From: Takakia lepidozioides
Lineage: Eukaryota > Plantae > Bryophyta
Reading direction: 5' to 3'
NCBI GenBank assembly: GCA_030704615.1
Contig: CM060733.1
Coordinates: 2,046,001 to 2,110,000, forward strand
Length of the DNA stretch: 64,000 bases
The translations under genes were made by a program, and so were the position numbers. Of the stretch, positions 1 through 12,430 are shown in pieces; the first letter of the stretch is position 1; each line of letters opens with the position of its first letter. Below the pieces are notes generated by a model. It ran no database searches. It was not told where the DNA came from and saw nothing but the letters and a program-made list of their open reading frames with translations.

Positions 1-376
1 TGATGAATGCAAGCTGTAGAATTGTAATGTAGAGTAGATTAGAGACACCATGGCTTCAGCCTGATACTTGATAGATATTAATCTGATACATACTTCATAT
101 TCACACTTTGTAGAGAGACCTGAATGAAGCTGTGGAATGAATGGATGGAACTTGATAGATTTCTGAAGCAACCTGATACTTAATTGCAGATAGTAAGGTA
201 ACTCACTAACATGAATGCGGGAAGGAGTACAAATAGGAAACACCCCCATGATACACTAGCTGTAGGTCATGACTGATTGTTCTGAGCGGGCTGAGTGCTT
301 AGAGATTTCCAACTCTTCTATCTTGGAGTTTCCACCTCGGATAGCGAAGGGATGGGTGAGTAAAAGCCGCTCGACA
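1..376 (+). mobile_element. Family A gypsy 5' LTR, 3' part (cut by window edge)
   Basis: Ends ...AAAAGCCGCTCGACA like the LTRs ending at 12430 and 55113, and is followed directly by a PBS. Confidence 0.9.
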
Positions 377-378
377 TT

Positions 379-396
379 TGGCGACCATACTGGGGA
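379..396 (+). promoter_or_regulatory. Primer-binding site TGGCGACCATACTGGGGA (probably tRNA-Arg type)
   Basis: 18-nt TGG-initiated motif 2 nt after the LTR CA. An identical copy lies at 2267-2284 on the minus strand. It resembles the Arg-type PBS TGGCGACTC..CTGGGGA. Confidence 0.75.
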
Positions 397-447
397 ACTG
401 GGTCATGAACAACAAGATGTGACAGGCATCTGGTGGGATCATGGTGG

Positions 448-1460
448 TTCCCCCCTGAGGTGTTTTAACTGTCGAACTCTAACTGGAATCCTCTGGGGCA
501 TACAATGTGGTTCCACCATGTCTGGAAGTTTAATCTGTAAAACTTGTTGTAAGCGCTGAATTGCAAAATTGGTGAAGACCCTGAACTCCTTGTCTGTCCA
601 AGTGAGTGGTGTACCAATGACTTATGAATTGTGCAAGTTTTTCCATGCCTCATGGCCCTTAAAGAAAATATCGTCAGGCCCAAATTTCTGTGTTGACAAA
701 TTGTTCCAGGCCGCATGAAACCATGAACGAATTTGATAATCCTTTTGCATCATAACTTTTGCTTCATATAGGTACATATGAGGTGGCACTGCAGGTAAGA
801 TCCAATGATCCCCACTGGAATAACTTAGAAAGCGCGATTGCATCTTCTGCTGTTCAATATGATAACGTGCCAAAAAACAAGCAGCGTAGTATAGGCCACA
901 GCCCATGACAATACTTGCTACCTCCTTGGTCTTGGTATAAATGAATCCATGTACAACTTGGAAGGCAATTAATTCCTTCAACATGGTACTTGCCTCATGC
1001 CAGTATCTTGCAAAGTGATGATCCTCAATTGGTCGATTGTTCGGAAGAACCTTAGTCCTAGTTGCCATTGGCAGCCAAATACGCATGATCTGATAGTAAT
1101 GTGCCAACGACTGTGGAGGACTAAATTCCTTCCAAGCCAAATCCAACACAATGGGAATTTGGTTGAAGGGCATAATCATAGCCCGACTGTACTCCCATGC
1201 AGCAGGAGTCTTAGGTGGGTTAAAAGCAGCATCCCCCCATACCTCAGGCTGTGGTGTGGCTGTAGTAACAACAGGGTCAGCTACTGTCACAGTCACTTGT
1301 TGTGGTATTGGTAGCACTGGCCCTTCTACTACTGGCATCTCCTGCACCCCTTGCAAAGAAGACTGAAAAATTAGAGTTCTGGCTTGTAAATAAGTAGCCA
1401 TCAGCTGCTCCTCAGGTACAAAGACTCTCTTGTCAATATTTGATGTCAGGTCCTCCACTG
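448..1460 (-). pseudogene. Inverted fragment of the family A extra 3' ORF (C-terminal domain)
   Basis: Translation VEDLTSNIDKRVFVPEEQLMATYLQ...WGDAAFNPPKTPAA... is near-identical to 52809-53815. Confidence 0.9.
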
Positions 1461-1750
1461 TGACTGGCTGTGTTGGGCTGTGTCGACTGTGCGAAGCTGT
1501 GACGGCTGTGTCTGACTGTGTCGGCTGTGTCGGACTGTGACGGGCTGTATTGGCTGTGCGAAGCTGTGACGGGTTGTGTTGGCTGTGCAAAGCTGTGACG
1601 GGCTGTGATGGATTGTGTCGGGCTGTGTATCTCCCCCCTAAAGCCTGTTGCTGTCACCCCTAAGGCTCCTGTTGGTCTCAGTCTGTGTAAAAATTAAGGG
1701 TACCCCACAGATCCCGTAAAAGCGTCTAAGTCCCAAGCAGCCCTCTAACA
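1461..1750 (-). mobile_element. Family A LTR, 5' portion (nested in a same-family internal region, then deleted)
   Basis: Minus strand begins TGTTAGAGGGCTGCTTGGGAC at 1750 and includes the CACAGC minisatellite. Confidence 0.85.
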
Positions 1751-2266
1751 GTTTCTTTCAAGTTTCAATGCACCCTTGGCTATACTAGAAGTCTCCGTTA
1801 CCATATAACCATATGGCAAACAAGTCCGGAAAGTTGTTCTTGGTGTGAGTTTGATCCACAAAATATCCTTTGGAATCCAATTCTCTTTACCAATACAAGC
1901 TCTTCATGCATATGAGTATAAACATTTACCTTCCTTTCCTCCCAGCCTTCAAACTCTACTCGCTTAATGGATAGCAACGCTATCACATAAACCCATGTTG
2001 GTAACCAACGTGCTCTTCCTCTACAGGCCACCTGATAAATCTTTATCACCCCTTTCTCCAGACCCCACTCAGGGTCAGCATCATGCACTCTCTTAAGAAT
2101 GTTTTCTTTACAACCATCTGGCAATTCCAAGAACCTTTGAAAGAATTGTTTGGACAATCTTTCTTTCTTAGTTTCACAGGGAATTTGATTCACATCAAAT
2201 TCTTTAATTCTCCATCCACCATGATCCCACCAGATGCCTGTCACATCTGGCTGTTCATGACTTAGT
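1751..2266 (-). mobile_element. Family A 5' internal region (start of the ORF preceding gag)
   Basis: Follows the PBS. EFDVNQIPCETKKERLS...WGLEKGVIKIYQVACRG matches 42446-42900 in inverted orientation. Confidence 0.85.
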
Positions 2267-2286
2267 TCCCCAGTATGGTCGCCAAA

Positions 2287-3343
2287 TGTCGAGTGGCTTT
2301 TACTCACCCATCCCTTCGCTATCCGAGGTGGAAACTCCAAAATAGAAGAGTTGGATATTTCTAAGCACTCAGCCCGCTCAGTACAATCAGTCATGACCTA
2401 CAGCTAGTGAATCATGGTTGTGCTTCCCATTTGTATTCCTTCTTGCCTTCATGTTATCAATTCACCTTATCTGATACTGAAGCATCAGATTGCTTCAGTA
2501 TCTACTTAATTCCAATTAATCATGCATTCATTTCACAGCTTCACTCATGTCTTTCTACACAGTGTGCTTGTATCGAATAAGTATCAGATTACGATTTATC
2601 GGGTACTAGGCCAATGTCAAGGTGACTCTAATCCGCCCTACAGTATCACTACAGCTCTGCTTGAAATAAACCTACATCAAGTCATCATCTCCTCTTCTGT
2701 GTAATCATCATCCTTGAGCTCCAAGATCGTGCCCTCCGTCTCACCTTCTCCCCTGATGTCTAAGAAGTGATCCAAGAAGTGATCCCCAAAAAGTCCCCGC
2801 TCTTCACTTTATCTACCTACAAGCTGTTCTAACCGCCTTCCTAACTAACCGTCACCCCTGAAGTAACATATTCCCTCTGCAGATGTCGTTCCCACACAGT
2901 CGTTCCCTGTGCATGTTAACCGTTCCCCCTGTAATGTGACAACTGTGCAAAACTGCGTTGGGCTGTGTGAAGTTGTGACGGGCTGTGACTGGCTGTGTCA
3001 GGCTGTGTCGGGTTGTGACTGGCTGTGACGGGCTGTGACGGACTGTGACTGGCTGTGACGACTGTGATGGGCTGTGATTGGCTGTGTCGGGCTGTGTCGG
3101 GCTGTACGAAGCTGTGGCGGCTGTGACTGGCTGTGTCGACTGTGTCGGGTTGTGTTGGCTGTGACTGGCTGTGTCAGCTGTGACTGACTGTGACGGGCTG
3201 TGCAAAGCTGTGGCGGCTGTGTAACCCCCCCTAAAGCCCGCTGCTGTCACCCCTAAGACTCTTGTTGGTCTCAGTCTGTGTAAAAATTAAGGGTACCCCA
3301 CAGAACCCGTAAAAGCGTTAAAGTCCCAAGCAGCCCTCTAACA
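2287..3343 (-). mobile_element. Family A full-length 5' LTR (~1057 bp)
   Basis: TG...CA termini, PBS at 2267-2284. Near-identical to LTR 54122-55113. Outer flank 3344-3348 TCCTC = GAGGA on the minus strand. Confidence 0.93.
2935..3222. repeat. GGCTGTGACG/CACAGC ~10-bp minisatellite in LTR U3
   Basis: Visible degenerate tandem array. Also present at 1460-1628, 11545-11780, 49120-49230 and 54233-54465. Confidence 0.9.
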
Positions 3344-3839
3344 TCCTCATACCTTATTGCAGCTCTCATAAGCTTCATAGCACAAACGCGGGGCCAAGAA
3401 CTGTGCACTACTGCTGTGAGCCCCTCATAACGAAAACAAAGCACCCCTCTACATTGCACCAAAAGGAAAAACCACCACAAAGAATCAATGAACCAAAAAC
3501 ATACATCATTTCAATCATGGTGAATGTGAAGAACTTCAATTTACAGACGAAAAAGGTGTTCATAGAGATGGCCATTTCTGTCCTGCCACATGAGCGTGGG
3601 CGACTTCTTCCCGGCTCGCCGTGGCATCCGCCGACGACGCAGTCGCCTCGCCCTGGCGTGGGAGGAGTGGATCGTCCTTGTCGTTCTCATAAAAGCCCTC
3701 AGCATGCTCTAATGTCTTTGTCATCGTCTTCAATCTGGCACTTTGCCTTGCAGGACATTCAATACCTTTCTTCTTCCTAGCGGGTGGCTTCTGAGGGCGT
3801 TTCACTCCTGGAATCCTGCACAAACACCTCCATGACCAT

Positions 3840-4479
3840 TGTCAATGACGAGAACATGAATGAACACAAACAAGAGTTCAGACTAGAGGTACAAAACTAG
3901 ACAAGAAGTCAAGGTCGTCGTGGCCGAGTGCATTGTGGATAAACATGAATCAAGATTATCTTCATAAGAATGGATAAGAGTACAAGATACTGGAACTCGA
4001 CTCGAATACTGGAATGCTGGAAACTGGACTGGGGTACCAGATACTGGAAACTGGACTAGAGTACTGGAAGCTAGACTGGAGTACTGGGACTGGGAACAAG
4101 AGTAGCTTGAACTTGTGTTGGCGAAACTGAAGAGTGTCCAGTCTCGCCTCCTATATATACTGGCTACTAAGAAGCTCCCCTAAGAAGCTTCCCCTATGGA
4201 GGTTTCTTGCTGGAGAAGTTTCCAAGATTAAACAAAGGTTTCTTGATGGAGAAGTTTCCTTAAGCAAATGAGGTATCTTAATGGAGAAGTTTCCTCCAAA
4301 GGAAGCTTCCTAAGCAGTTTCCCAAGTTACTCTTGGTAATTTGATAAACCCCGGTAACTTGGTAAGTAATGGTAAATCATTGTAGAACATGGTAAATCAT
4401 GGTAACTTTCAATAACATGGTAACTTGGTAACTTCTGGTATTTACTCCTGGTAAGTTCCTCTGGGCTATGTCCGTGACA
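3840..4479 (-). repeat. 3' LTR of the Tcn1-like element (640 bp, TGTCA...TGACA)
   Basis: Direct repeat of 9660-10170. Adjacent TCACCCCCTCCTCT is the PPT on the minus strand. Confidence 0.93.
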
Positions 4480-4534
4480 TCACCCCCTCCTCTAGCGCCG
4501 AGTTTATCGAGGAGCGGTAAAATCTTGGACTTGC

Positions 4535-5026
4535 TTAGAGTTGGAGAAAATCCAAAATCCGGCGAATGGTACTTGCCAAGTATTCGGCTCTTCGTTCTTG
4601 AATTAAATGATTTATAGGTCTCTGCAACCATCGATAGTGTCCAACACCTTGAACTTGGGACCAAGCAGTGATTTGAGCATTTTGATTTTCGAAGCTGTCT
4701 TCAAACATGATTTCGTTGCCCTCTGGGTCCAAAGCCTCAACCTCCAACAGAATTATTAGACTTCGAGTAGGCTCCACTTGCCGTCGTACGGGGTCCAGAT
4801 GAGGAAGTACGCGTCGCATTGGTGGCCCATCGTCTCGAGAGCGTCGGCGTGATGTTGAAGGTCGTGAGAGTCGGAACGGTTGATCTGGTAGCTGGATAAG
4901 CGACAACTCCAATGTATCTTGTTCCTGTGACTCCATACTGCCAATACAAGATGCAAGAGTGCTGGAAGTGTAGCTATATATACTGATGTGTGGTGCTCCT
5001 CCCTCCTTAGCGTGTATCAGGTACAT
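4535..5026 (-). CDS. Unknown extra ORF between pol and the 3' LTR (ATG at 4936 gives ~133 aa)
   Basis: Open sense-strand ORF filling most of the pol-to-PPT interval. No recognisable domain. Confidence 0.4.
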   Translation of the reverse strand: MYLIHAKEGGAPHISIYSYTSSTLASCIGSMESQEQDTLELSLIQLPDQPFRLSRPSTSRRRSRDDGPPMRRVLPHLDPVRRQVEPTRSLIILLEVEALDPEGNEIMFEDSFENQNAQITAWSQVQGVGHYRWLQRPINHLIQERRAEYLASTIRRILDFLQL

Positions 5027-5082
5027 TGAATGTGGAGTCTTTACCTTGAAGGTAACTTGGCTGACATTATCGTTTTGACATC

Positions 5083-8000
5083 TTATTGACGTGTAGCTCG
5101 GAGCTTAGTTGGATATCGTTGATGAAACTCTTAGACTTTGTCAGATGCATTGGCGAGGCTGGATGAAGGTTCCCACGTTCGTTCGCTGATGTCGTAGCCT
5201 TTCCAATGTACGAAATACTCAAGACATTTATACTTGATGCGAGAGTCTAAGACTTCGTCGACTTCATACTCAATTTCCTAATTGACTTCGATTGGTGGAG
5301 GTGGTACGGAGACTCTCCTTGGAATATTCGATGGATGATACAACTCCAATAATGAAACATGAAAGACGGGATGGATGCGCATATTTCGTGGGAGTTCAAG
5401 CGGAAAACTGACCGGATTTATTTGTCGAATAATTTTGAATGGTCCCAGGTGTTGATAATCCAACTTCCTTGATGGACGCGAGGTTTGTATGTCCCGTCGA
5501 AGAAGCCACACATGATCTCCGACCTTGAACTGGGGTTGGAGTTGGCGATGTTGATCTGCATACTCCTTGTATTGTTTTTGAGCTTCTGCGAGGTGAAATG
5601 TAAACTCCTTGTGAATCGTAGCAAGATGAGTAGCAATGTTTTCTCCAGCAGGGCTTCCAACAGTCTTCATGTGGAAAGGGTTTGCTCGAGGATGATGACC
5701 ATAATTGAAGAAAAATGAAGTTTCATTGGTCGAAGAATGTATAGTGTTGTTATAGGCAAACTCAGCCAATGACAGAAGGTCCGTCCAATTATCTTGGTGA
5801 CAATTTATCGTACAACGAAGATTCCAAAATCTGGTTTACACGTTCACTTTGACCATCAGTCTGTGGATGATTAGCTGTAGAGAGGTTGATCTTAGTATCC
5901 AATATGTGAAATAATCCCCTCCAGAAATTTGATATGAACTGTGGTCCTCGATTAGATACGATGTCCTTCGGGAGTCCATGAATGCGGTAGATATTACTGA
6001 GGAAGAGTCTTGCAGTTTCCTCGTCGGTAACCGTCTTATTACATGGAATGAAATGTGCAATCTTTGTAAAACGATCTACAATAACAATGATTGAATCGGT
6101 GGTCTTGGAAATTGGAAGGTCCGTAATAAAGTCCATAGACACGGACGACCATGGACCCTTGGGAATGGGTAATGGTTGAAGAAGGCCGTAAGGTCGATGT
6201 TGTGGTCCATTCGCTCTAGCACACGTGTCGCAAGATTTTATAAATTCTTTCACGAGTTTCCACATTTGTGGCCACCAATAGTCCCTGGATATCAATTCCA
6301 TTGTTTTGTTGAAGCCGAAATGTCCTGCAGCCGGAAGATCATGACATGTTTGAAGAATTTGAAGTCGTGTAGGTCCTGGAGGTACATAGAGAAGTCCCTT
6401 GAAATAAAGTAAGCCATCTTTGAATTCGAAGTCGTTTGTTACATGTGGGTTGTCTCGAGGTCGATTTAGTTGATTTCGTATTATTGTGACAAATTGGTCG
6501 CTCTTCAGTGCTTCCTGAATCTTCTTTATGATCTCTACATCGTCATAGGTGGACATGGATAATATATTCAATTGGAGATTTGCTGGTTTCAAGATGATGA
6601 ATTTCTATTGGTCAAAAGCTGCATCCCCTTCTTTTGGTGCAAGATACGATCGTCGAGAAAGAGCATCTGGTTTTCCTTGAAGATGTCCGGGACGATAGGT
6701 AATAACAAAATCAAACCTTGCTAGTGACATACTCCATCTCGCTTGACGTCGATTCAAAACACGAGCACTCATAAAATACTTGAGGTTTTTGTGATCGGTA
6801 TAGACAGTGACATGATGTTTAGCTCCCTCCAATAGATGACGCCACTCCTCAAAAACATCGATAATTGCTAGAAGTTCTTTGTCATGGATTTCATAATTGA
6901 TCTCCGCAGCGGAAAATTTGCGAGAACGAAAACCAACAGGGTGAAGTCGGCCATCTGCACCGTGTTGAGAGAGTACCGCGCCAAGTGCAAAATCTGATGC
7001 ATCTGCTTCCAAAAAGAATGGTTTAGATGGGTCTGCATGTACCAGTATTAGAGCCGTTGTAAATGCCTGCTTCAGCCTTTCAAATGCTTGGTCAGCCTTC
7101 TCGTCCCATACAAATTTGTCCTTCCCTGTGAGTCGTGTCAATGGTGCAGCAATTTTGGAGTAGTCCTTAATGAAGATTCTATAGAAATTGGCAAATCCTA
7201 GAAAACATTGTACATCTCGGACTGAAGTTGGTTTAATCCACTCGATGATGGTTTGTATTTTCTTTTGATCCAGAAAGACTCATTTGTCGGAAATAATGTA
7301 GCCCAAAAATTCGACTTCAGATTGGTGGAAAAGACATTTTTCCAACTTGACATATAGACCATTTTCCCTCAATTTATCAAGGACAAGGCGTACATGGCGA
7401 CCATGTTCTTCTTCATTCTGTGAAAATATCAAAATGTCGTCCAAATAGATGACTACAAAATCATCTAAAAATTCTCGAAAAATGTCATTCATCATGTGTT
7501 GAAAAATTGCTGGAGCATTTGTAAGATCGAAAGGCATAACACTGTATTCGAAATGTCCGTACCTTGTGCGAAAAGTAGTCTTCCATTCGTCTCATTCTTT
7601 TAATCGTACAAGGTTGTAAGCTCCTCTCAAGTCGATCTTTGTGAAAAAATTTGCTCGTCCAAGTTATTCGAGGAGTCCGGAAATCAACGGTAGTGGGTAA
7701 CGATTTTTTATAGTGACTTTGTTGAGGCCACGATAGTCCACACACATACGTAACGATCCGTCTTTCTTCTTCACAAATAAGATAGGTGCTCCCGCGGGTG
7801 ATTTTGAATGTCGAATGAAATTCTTTGACAAATTTTCATCAATGTATTCGTGTAAAGCAGCCAGCTCCGTCTGAGATAAATTGTAGATCGGGCCAAATGG
7901 TGGTTGAGCTCCTTCTTGTAACTCAATTGCACAATCATAAGGTCGATGTTCTGGCAACATGTCTGCATTTTTCTTCTCAAAGACATCCTTGAAATCTTGA

Positions 8001-8571
8001 TATTGAGTGGGTAATGTTGAAGTACCTTGGTCTGTTGTGGTTTTGATCGAAGTCGCATAAAGTGCAAATGTCGCGTCTTTCTTCGTAGCTCTCATGAAGG
8101 CTCTAGCTCCAATAAACAAGGGTTGAATACCTTTGGTACTTTTGCATTTTTGTCTTGCCGAAATTTTTCGTGATCGCCAGTCGATGTCAGGATTATGAAG
8201 TACAAACCAGGGAAGTCCAAGGATCACATGATTCGTTGGAGACTGGATGACATTGAAAACAATCTGTGATGCTTGATTTTTAAGCTTCACTTCAAGGGGT
8301 CGAGTTTCATGGTCAAAATTTTCTGATGCTAACGGTCGTCCATCGATGACTTCAACAGGGGCCGAGAATTTCTTTCTTACGAGCGTTAAATTGTGTTGCT
8401 TCCCAAGTCTTTGTCAATAAAACACGCTGAAGCGCCCGAGTCCAAAAGTGCTTCTACGGAGATATCTTGATTTTGCATCCTAATCTTTACTGGAACTGTA
8501 AAACAAGGTATAGGGCCTGGAGGTAGAAAAAGACCTTTTTTTTTTGAGGAATTTGGGGTATCCAGCCGCAT
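5083..8571 (-). pseudogene. pol: pol: protease, RT, RNase H, integrase and C-terminal chromodomain (frameshifted, with stops)
   Basis: ALLDSGASACF; [11 protein letters not shown]; YLDDILI; LEADASDFALG; SVSMDFITDLP; HPQTDGQSER; GPF..HPVFHVSLL. Reading through the stop at 5278 gives EYEVDEVLDSR...YFVHWKGYDISERTWEP (chromodomain). Confidence 0.93.
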
Positions 8572-8576
8572 GGTCC

Positions 8577-9621
8577 CTACTGTGACTGGACATCTTCGTT
8601 TTCCGACCTCCTCGTATTGAACACTTGAGTTGTGCCCTGAGCTTTGAATCTTTTCTTGTTGGGGCAGTTTAATGCTATGTGATCATCTTCTCCGCAATAA
8701 AGGCATAATCCATTCGAGTGCCGTCTTTGTTTTTCTTGTGGAATCAATGGCTTAAATCGGATAACATCAATATGCATATGATCATTACCGGATGGCTGAT
8801 GGATCGTTGTGTTTGGTGCCGTAGTAGCAACGACATGGTGCGTCGTCGACCATCCAGATCGCTTCTCTTGACGTCTTTCGAACAAACGATTATCGCATGC
8901 AATGACTTGGGTGATGAATTCGCTCAGTGTACTCACGTTTGACATTGTCAGCAACAAATCTTTTACATCATCTTTTAGGCCACATCGAAACTGACTAATG
9001 AGGCTCGTCTCATTCCAGTCAAGGTCGCACGCAAGTTGTCAAAATTCGGCAGCATAAACAGAAGCTGGACGTGCTCCTTGTTGAAGAGTTTACATCTTTG
9101 TCTTTGCAACTCTCTCTCTATCATTCTCTCCAAACGTTGCAGTGAACTCGGACATGAACGCTTTAAAATTGTATAGTAAATGCGAATTTTTCTCTAATAG
9201 CGGTGCAAACCAAGATAGGGCAGTGCCTGATAGAAGGGTGCCCACGAATCCCACTTGAATACCTTCATCAGGGTAGCGTTGTGGATGTAGTCGTAGGAAC
9301 AATCGTACTTGTTGAACAAAACCGCGAAATCTTGATCTCGTCCCATCAAATTTCTCGGGCATGCTGATATTTGATTCCCTTGTAATCTGTTGAAGATGGA
9401 GGAACCGTTGTAGTAGGATTTGTTGTAATAGGGACTCGTAAGATTGAAGATCCATTGTCCGACTCCTTTAACTCTGAAATTTGTTGTTGCAAATTGTTGA
9501 GAGTGTTGCCAAGATCTTGAGACTAATCAGCTTGTAGTTGGGCAATAGAGGCACGAAGTTCTTGCATCTGGAGCTGAAGACTCTGCAATGTGGCGACCAT
9601 TTCCGCAAATGTGCCTTCCAT
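8577..9621 (-). pseudogene. gag: gag with CCHC zinc knuckle (disrupted)
   Basis: MPEKFDGTRSRFRGF...LLSGTALSWF; CLYCGEDDHIALNC; ATG at 9621. Confidence 0.9.
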
Positions 9622-9646
9622 CTTAACTAACTAAGGAACAAACTTT

Positions 9647-9657
9647 AGTCTCGCCAA
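9647..9657 (-). promoter_or_regulatory. Self-priming PBS (TTGGCGAGACT), complementary to the predicted transcript 5' end at 9938-9948
   Basis: Exact 11-nt complement inside the LTR, 31 nt downstream of a minus-strand TATATATA (9972-9979). Confidence 0.75.
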
Positions 9658-9659
9658 AC

Positions 9660-10170
9660 TGTCAAGGACGAGAACATGACTGAACACAAACAAGAGTTCA
9701 GACTAGAGGTACAAGACTAGACAAGAAGTCAAGGTCGGCGTGGCCGAGTGCATTGTGGATAAACATGAATCAAGATTATCTTTATAACAATGGACAAGAG
9801 TACAAGATACTGGAACTCGACTCGAATACTGGAATGCTGGAAACTGGACTGGGGTACCAGATACTGGAAACTGGACTAGAGTTCTGGAAGCTGGACTGGA
9901 GTACTAGGACTATGAACAAGAGTAGCTTGAACTTGTGTTGGCGAGACTGAAGAGTGTCCAGTTTCGCCTCCTATATATACTGGCTACTAAGAAGCTTCCC
10001 TAAGAAGCTTCCCCTATGGAGGTTTCTTGCTGGAGAAGTTTCCAAGATTAAAAAGGTTTATTGATAGAGAAGCTTCCTTAAACAAAAGATGTATCTTGAT
10101 GGAGAAGTTTCTTCCAAATGAAGCTTCCCGAGCAGTTTCCCAAGTTACTCTTGGTAATTTGGTAAATCAT
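9660..10170 (-). repeat. 5' LTR of the Tcn1-like element, outer (U3) end lost
   Basis: Matches 3840-~4380 with a short internal gap, then switches abruptly to family A sequence. Confidence 0.88.
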
Positions 10171-10180
10171 CGCGTATTGC

Positions 10181-11372
10181 TTGCCTTTTCTGTTTGTAGA
10201 AGTTGTAGCGGCGGCAATATCACAACTTCTACAGCAGGTGGCTGTGCAGGTGGCTGACGTTGTTGATGCCATGGCGCAGCCACAGTCTGAGGTTTGGGGG
10301 GATGCTGCTTTCAACCCACCTAGGACTCCTGCTGCGCGGGAGTACAATCGGGCTATGATTATGCCCTTCAACCAAATTCCCATTGTGATGGATTTGGCTT
10401 GGAAGGAATTCAGTCCTCCACAGTCTTTGGCACATTATTACCAGATCATGCGCATTTGGTTGCCAGTGGCAACTCGGACTAAGGTTCTTCTGAACAATCG
10501 ACCCATTGAGGATCATCATTTTGCAAGGTACTGGTCTGAGGCAGACACCATGCTGAAGGAATTAATTGCCTTCCAGGTTGTTCATGGGTACATCTACACC
10601 AAGACCAATGAGGTATCTAGTATTGTCATGGGCTGTGGATTGTACTATGTTGCTTGTTTCCTTGCATGTTATCACATTGAGCAGCAGAAAATGCAGTCAA
10701 GATTTCTAAGTTATTCCAGTGGAGATCATTGGGTCTTACCTTCAGTTCCACCTCATATGTATCTATATGATGCGAAACTCATGATGCAGAAGGATTCCCA
10801 GCTTCGTTCATGGTTTAATTTGGCTTGGAATAGCTTGGCCAAAGAAAAATTGGGCCCTGATGATATTTTTTATAAGGGACATGAAGCCTGGAAATACTTA
10901 CACTGCTCCAAGGTCATTGGCACACCTCTCACCTATACGGCCAAGGAGTTCAGGGAATTCACTCATTTTGCTTGCAAGCGATTAAAGCAAGTAATCCAGT
11001 TCAAGCTTCCAGACATGGTGGGCCAACACTGCATGCCATGCAGGATTCCTCAGGAACCACTTAAGGTTCGGCCGCCGAAACACCTCAGGGGGGAAGATGA
11101 TTATGATACTACTGGTTCTACAGAGGAACTTTTTGACATGGCGGAGGACTACGCACTACAGATGGCAAAGAAGAAACGGCGGGGATCACCTATGCTTGAG
11201 AGGTTACCTCGTTAACAACCACCGGAGGGTCAGGCATTTCCGTTTGGTACTCAATCGTCTTCACCACCCAGTGACAGGGCTCGGGCTCGCACACAGAGCC
11301 CTTCAAGAGACTCTCACCGTCAGAAGGGTACTTGCTCACAAAGGTTTGCTGATCCTAAGCAGTAAACCGTGA
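10181..11372 (+). pseudogene. Family A extra 3' ORF, C-terminal part (more divergent subfamily)
   Basis: 344-aa ORF homologous to 52809-54085. Followed by PPT GAGAGGGGGAGGG and an LTR. Confidence 0.88.
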
Positions 11373-11402
11373 GGACACGGTTTTTTGAGAGGGGGAGGGT
11401 AA

Positions 11403-12430
11403 TGTTAGAGGGCTGTTTGGGACTTGGACGCTTTGACGGGTTCTGTGGGGTACCCTTAATTTTGCGCAGACTTACAGATGATAGACTTAGGCCACCCAGG
11501 TTTAGGGGTGGTAGACAGGCTCACACAGTCAAGTCATGGGTTATCATAGCCCGACACAGCCCGTGACAGTCTGTCACAGCACGACACAGCCCGACACAGC
11601 TTTACACAGCCTATCACAGTTTATCACAGTCCGACGCAGCACGACACAGCCCGTCACAGTCTTTCACAGCTTATCACAGCCCGACACAGCTACGCACAGC
11701 CCGACACAGCTTTACACAGCCAGTCACAGCTCGACACAGTCACAGCCCAACACAGTTTGGCACAGCCCGTCACAGCGCACAGAGGGAACGGTTATCATTA
11801 GCAGGGAACTACTGTGTGGGAACGACATCTGCAGAGAGAACGTGTTACTTCAGGGGTGACAGTTAGTTAGTTAGGTGGTTGGAACAGCTTGCATGTAGAT
11901 TAGGCAGAGCAGCACCAGGTAGGGGATCACTTCACGGGGAGCGCTTCTTGGACATGCATGAGCGGAGATCAGGCGGAGAGCAAGAATGGGAGCAAGGATG
12001 AAGAGCACGGTGAAGGAGGAAAGATGAACAGTAGATGCTTGTTACATGCAAAGCTGTAGTGATACTGTAGGGCAGATTGGAGACACCATGGCATTGGCCT
12101 GATACCTGATAAATCATAATTTGATACTTATTCGATACAATCACACTGTGTAGAGAGACATGAGTGAAGCTGTGGAATGAATGGATGAGTGAATGGAACC
12201 TGGTAGATACTGAAGCATTCTGAAGCAGATTGCTTCAGTATACACAATAAGGTAAATTGCTAACATGAAAGCAAGAAGAAATACAAATAGGAAGCACAAC
12301 CATGATTCACTAGCTGTAGGTCATGACTGATTGTTCTGAGCGGGCTGAGTGCTTAGAGATATCCAACTCTTCTATCTTGGAGTTTCCACCTCGGATAGCG
12401 AAGGGATGGGTGATTAAAAGCCGCTCGACA
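11403..12430 (+). mobile_element. Family A 3' LTR (divergent subfamily, ~1028 bp)
   Basis: TGTTAGAGGGCTG...GCCGCTCGACA, preceded by a PPT. Confidence 0.92.

Larger units (their letters stand above)
3840..10170 (-). mobile_element. Ty3/gypsy chromovirus, Tcn1-like, degenerate; 5' LTR truncated
   Basis: LTRs at 3840-4479 and 9660-~10170. PPT at 4480-4493. Domain order gag-PR-RT-RH-INT-chromodomain. Confidence 0.93.

Noticed and set aside
269-559. MTDCSERAECLEIS... ORFs (also 1798-2394)
   Set aside because: They start inside the LTR and cross the PBS and rearrangement junctions, so they are chimeric read-throughs.
2852-3250. S/Q/T/P/H-rich ORFs (also 1433-1657, 11536-11859, 54207-54485, and the N-terminus of 622-1590)
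   Set aside because: These are translations of the LTR CACAGC minisatellite.
3560-3823. Possible terminal exon on the minus strand next to the chromovirus
   Set aside because: A splice acceptor is plausible, but I recognise no homology and upstream exons are lost.
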